The notes below the pieces were generated by a model that was not told where the DNA came from, did no database searches, and was given only the letters and a program-made list of their open reading frames with translations. A stretch of DNA of 21,612 nucleotides, taken from the NCBI GenBank assembly GCA_051746405.1, contig JBNJFB010000040.1:1-21612 (forward strand), in the 5' to 3' direction. The stretch comes from Campylobacterota bacterium. Its GTDB lineage: Bacteria > Campylobacterota > Campylobacteria > Campylobacterales > Arcobacteraceae. Position numbers and translations under genes: made by a program. Below are positions 18,344-21,612 of the stretch, in pieces. The first letter of the stretch is position 1. The number at the start of each line of letters is the position of its first letter.

Positions 18344-19312
18344 TTATTTCCTATTGTAATCTTGAAGTACTAAATCTAACTGTTTTTTTAAATTTTGAAG
18401 TTTATTTGTTGAGTTAATAATCTCCTCTTGAGACTCAATAACCATATCTTCACTTTTATTTAATTGTGTTTTAGAGATATCTTTTGAGTTATTAAGTTCA
18501 TCTAAAATCTCATCAAACTCATTTGTAATCTCTTGTAGTTTTATTGATGCATTAGTTGAGTATTCAACTGCACTATTTACTTTATTTATAAAACAGTTAA
18601 TAGAGTTTGTTGCTTCAACTATTTCATTTTCAGCATCAAAATTCAAAGGCTCTAAGGTTTGATTTGTATTTTCATCTCTTAATTTTTTAGAAAAGTTTAA
18701 AAACTTATTCGCATTATCTTCTACTTTTTTTAATTGAATAAAACTATAAATCATTAATAGAAGAACTAAAAAAGTAAAGAAGTATTGAACATATTTTAGA
18801 TATTCAGCTTTATTTTCAGAATAGAGTGTGTACATGGAAACAAGTTTATCAACTTCTTCAAGTAGGTTATTGTTTGTTTCATAAATAGCATTTACAGTTA
18901 TCTTTATATCGTTTTCATTATTTGTTAAAGAGGATTTAAACTCTTTTATATTTTCATGAAAGTTATTCCATAATATCTCTATTTTTGCAATTTGCTTTGC
19001 AATTTGTTTATTTGGTGCTTTATAAATACCTGTTAATCTATTACCATCTTTTAATGAGTTTAGATTATAGATAAATTCAGTAGTTGCTTTATCTAGTTGT
19101 GAAAAAGAGTGGTTTTGATTATGGTAGATATAGAATATATTTTTGGATATTTTTTGTGTTAACATTCTTTGCTTGCCTGCAATATTAATAACCATTGCAT
19201 CTTTTTTATTATTATTATTTAAAAATATTGTAGTTAATATAATAGTTGATATTAAAATAATAAACAATAAACCTATTACTCTAATTTTTGTTTTTATTGT
19301 GTTTGATTTCAA
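18344..19312 (-). CDS. Membrane protein with NarX/PilJ-type nitrate-sensing domain and no kinase domain
   Basis: TM1, P-box-like AMVINIAGKQRMLTQKI, TM2, then only a coiled-coil tail. Confidence 0.85.
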   Translation of the reverse strand: MKSNTIKTKIRVIGLLFIILISTIILTTIFLNNNNKKDAMVINIAGKQRMLTQKISKNIFYIYHNQNHSFSQLDKATTEFIYNLNSLKDGNRLTGIYKAPNKQIAKQIAKIEILWNNFHENIKEFKSSLTNNENDIKITVNAIYETNNNLLEEVDKLVSMYTLYSENKAEYLKYVQYFFTFLVLLLMIYSFIQLKKVEDNANKFLNFSKKLRDENTNQTLEPLNFDAENEIVEATNSINCFINKVNSAVEYSTNASIKLQEITNEFDEILDELNNSKDISKTQLNKSEDMVIESQEEIINSTNKLQNLKKQLDLVLQDYNRK

Positions 19313-19974
19313 AGCCCAACTCCTTTAAATACTGAAACCAATTGTTCTTTATTTGTTATTTCCACTTTTCCACCATCTATTTTGATTGTTTCATTTCTAA
19401 CTAATCTTTTTAAAACCCTTGATAGTGTTTCTGGTTGAATATGTAACATAAAAGATACTTCTTGTCTTTTTAATTTATTGAACATTTCAAGATCTTGATT
19501 TAACATAAAAGCAACCTTTGCAGTTGCATCAAAAACCAACTCCCTATTTACTATACATTGTAGTTGATGAGTTTTTGCTAGTAGTATTTCCATTAAATCC
19601 ATTGTTAGTATATTTTTAGATAGGAAAAGTTCTTGAAATTTTTCAAAGTCTATTGATAGAACAACAGAGTCATTTATAAACTCAGCATTTGAAAAACAGT
19701 AAATTTCATTGTTTTTTAGTGAAGTTAACTCTGAAATCATTGAGTTTTTATAAATATGATAAAGAAAGATTTCATTATCATACTTATCAACCTTGTATAT
19801 CTTTAGTAGTCCCTCAACTAAAAATAGTAAATTTTTAGTTACATCGCTTTCATAGTATAGAATAGAGTTTTTAGGATGGCTAATCAAATATGAGATTGAA
19901 GCCACTATATCTATTTGTTCATCATTCAAATTACTAAAAAAAGGTATGTTTTTTATAGTATCACTTATTGGCAA
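19309..19974 (-). CDS. Crp/Fnr family regulator (Nss/DNR-like)
   Basis: IPFFSNL, cNMP-like domain, HTH with PETLSR; no FNR N-terminal Cys cluster; TTG start. Confidence 0.92.
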   Translation of the reverse strand: MPISDTIKNIPFFSNLNDEQIDIVASISYLISHPKNSILYYESDVTKNLLFLVEGLLKIYKVDKYDNEIFLYHIYKNSMISELTSLKNNEIYCFSNAEFINDSVVLSIDFEKFQELFLSKNILTMDLMEILLAKTHQLQCIVNRELVFDATAKVAFMLNQDLEMFNKLKRQEVSFMLHIQPETLSRVLKRLVRNETIKIDGGKVEITNKEQLVSVFKGVGL

Positions 19975-20060
19975 AACAGATTCCTGAAATTTTTTATTTA
20001 AGCTATTCTATATTATCCTTTTAAAAAATTAAATTAAATAAGAATATTTTAAGGTAAAAA

Positions 20061-20978
20061 ATGAGTTTTAAAAACTATATAAAAGCAGTTGGAACAGGTC
20101 CAAAAGGCAATAGAGATTTAAGCAAAGAAGAGATTATAGATGCAATCACTTTGATTTTAAAAAGAGAGGTTAGTGATGCACAAATAGGGGCTTTCTTAGT
20201 TGCTTGGCGAACAAAACTAGAATCAAATGAAGAGTTAAAAGGTGCCATTGAAGCACTTGATAAATTTATAGATAAAAAAAAGATAGATAACTCTATGAAA
20301 TTAGGATATTCATTTGATGGAAGAGCAAAAAATCCTTTTTTATTTCCTCTGTTTGATGAGATATTAGAAGATTTTTATAAAAAAAATAGAGATATAAAAA
20401 AGTTGAACTTAGTGATTTCAACAGATTTTTTGCAACCTGCAAAAAATGGAATCACAACTAAAGAGATTTTTGAAAATCTTGACCAAGGTCGATTTTTATT
20501 TCATCTTAATAGGGTACAATACTTAAAACAGTTAAGTGATTTAACTACTTTAAGGCATGAATTAGGTTTAAGAACAGCTTTAAATACAGTTGAGAAGTTA
20601 TTAAATCCAAGTTTAAGTGAGTATGGAGTTACAACAGCTTTTCATAAACCCTATATTCAAAAATATTTGGATATTTTTGAATCACAATTTAGAGAGGTTA
20701 TTGTAGTAAAAGCAAGTGAGGGAAGTCCTGAGGTTTTTAAAGACGGTAAGTTTTATAAAAAACAAGATGAAAAGATTGTAGAAACTTCATTTTGTTTAAA
20801 AGATTTTGGTATTACTTACACAAAAACTTTTGAGGCAATAACACTTGAAGAGTCTTTGCAAATAGTAAAAAATCCTGATGATGAGATTTATAAACTTGCA
20901 AAGTTTAATGTTGCTTTATATTTAGTTTTTGCAAATAGAGTGAACTCTTTAAACGAAGCATGGGAAAGACTAAACTAA
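20061..20978 (+). CDS. YbiB/TrpD-like (glycosyltransferase family 3) protein
   Basis: YIKAVGTGPKGNRDLS, AQIGAFLVAWR, LRHELGLRT..NTVEKLLNP, FHKPY. Confidence 0.8.
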   Translation: MSFKNYIKAVGTGPKGNRDLSKEEIIDAITLILKREVSDAQIGAFLVAWRTKLESNEELKGAIEALDKFIDKKKIDNSMKLGYSFDGRAKNPFLFPLFDEILEDFYKKNRDIKKLNLVISTDFLQPAKNGITTKEIFENLDQGRFLFHLNRVQYLKQLSDLTTLRHELGLRTALNTVEKLLNPSLSEYGVTTAFHKPYIQKYLDIFESQFREVIVVKASEGSPEVFKDGKFYKKQDEKIVETSFCLKDFGITYTKTFEAITLEESLQIVKNPDDEIYKLAKFNVALYLVFANRVNSLNEAWERLN

Positions 20979-20996
20979 TTTAAAATAGGATAGAAA

Positions 20997-21612
20997 ATGT
21001 TAATAGATGGACATGGAAGAAAAGTAGATTATTTAAGAGTATCTGTTACAGAGCGATGTAACTTTAGATGTCAATATTGTATGCCAGAAAAACCATTTTC
21101 ATGGGTACCAAAAGAGAATCTACTTTCATATGAAGACCTTTTTAAGTTTATCAAAGTTGGAATTGATGAGGGAATAAAAAAGGTAAGAATTACAGGTGGA
21201 GAGCCACTTCTAAGAGAAGGGCTTGATGAGTTTATAAAAATGATTTATGATTATAAAAATGATATTGATTTAGCTTTAACTACAAACGGTTTTTTACTTC
21301 CAAAGGTTGCAAAAGATTTAAAAAAAGCAGGACTAAAAAGAATAAACGTTTCACTTGATTCTTTAAATCCTGATATTGCAGCAAAAATTGCTCAAAAAGA
21401 TGTTTTACAGACAGTTTTAAAAGGAATTGATGCAGCTAATGAAGCAGGTTTAAAGATTAAAATAAACTGTGTTCCAATAAAAGGTATAAATGACAATGAT
21501 ATTTTAGAAGTCCTTGATTATTGTAAACAAAAAGGTTTTACTGTAAGGTTTATTGAGTTTATGGAAAATCACCATGCTAAAGATGGTGCAAAGGGATTAA
21601 ACTCTGATGAAA
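20997..21612 (+). CDS. moaA: GTP 3',8-cyclase MoaA (5' part, runs off the window)
   Basis: [56 protein letters not shown]; absent from the ORF track, probably because it has no stop in the window. Confidence 0.97.
   Translation, partial: MLIDGHGRKVDYLRVSVTERCNFRCQYCMPEKPFSWVPKENLLSYEDLFKFIKVGIDEGIKKVRITGGEPLLREGLDEFIKMIYDYKNDIDLALTTNGFLLPKVAKDLKKAGLKRINVSLDSLNPDIAAKIAQKDVLQTVLKGIDAANEAGLKIKINCVPIKGINDNDILEVLDYCKQKGFTVRFIEFMENHHAKDGAKGLNSDE

Noticed and set aside
10242..19328. Plus-strand ORFs at 10242, 11094, 15542, 16608, 17237 and 19143
   Set aside because: Antisense shadows of minus-strand genes

Overview
AT-rich Campylobacterota (Arcobacter-like) chromosomal window. Left: a small Cys-rich hypothetical gene and serS. 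Immediately after the serS terminator is a ~6.7 kb accessory block with no integrase. It holds a tightly coupled ankyrin / HEPN-like / LRR / J-domain operon, an IS1380-family remnant, and an FRG / HNH-nuclease / minimal-nucleotidyltransferase module, and is probably a defence island. Right: a REC-PAS-degenerate GGDEF-EAL gene and the napAGHBFLD nitrate reductase operon ending in a stand-alone PAS gene. These are followed by a kinase-less NarX-like sensor, a Crp/Fnr regulator with a matching box at about -41.5 of the napA promoter, a YbiB/TrpD-like gene and the 5' part of moaA. The most notable non-coding signal is a candidate ~185 nt small RNA (minus strand, 10623-10807). It has its own promoter, an upstream direct-repeat operator, a terminator, and motifs complementary to the napA translation-start region. 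All family assignments come from motif recognition by eye; no database searches were run.
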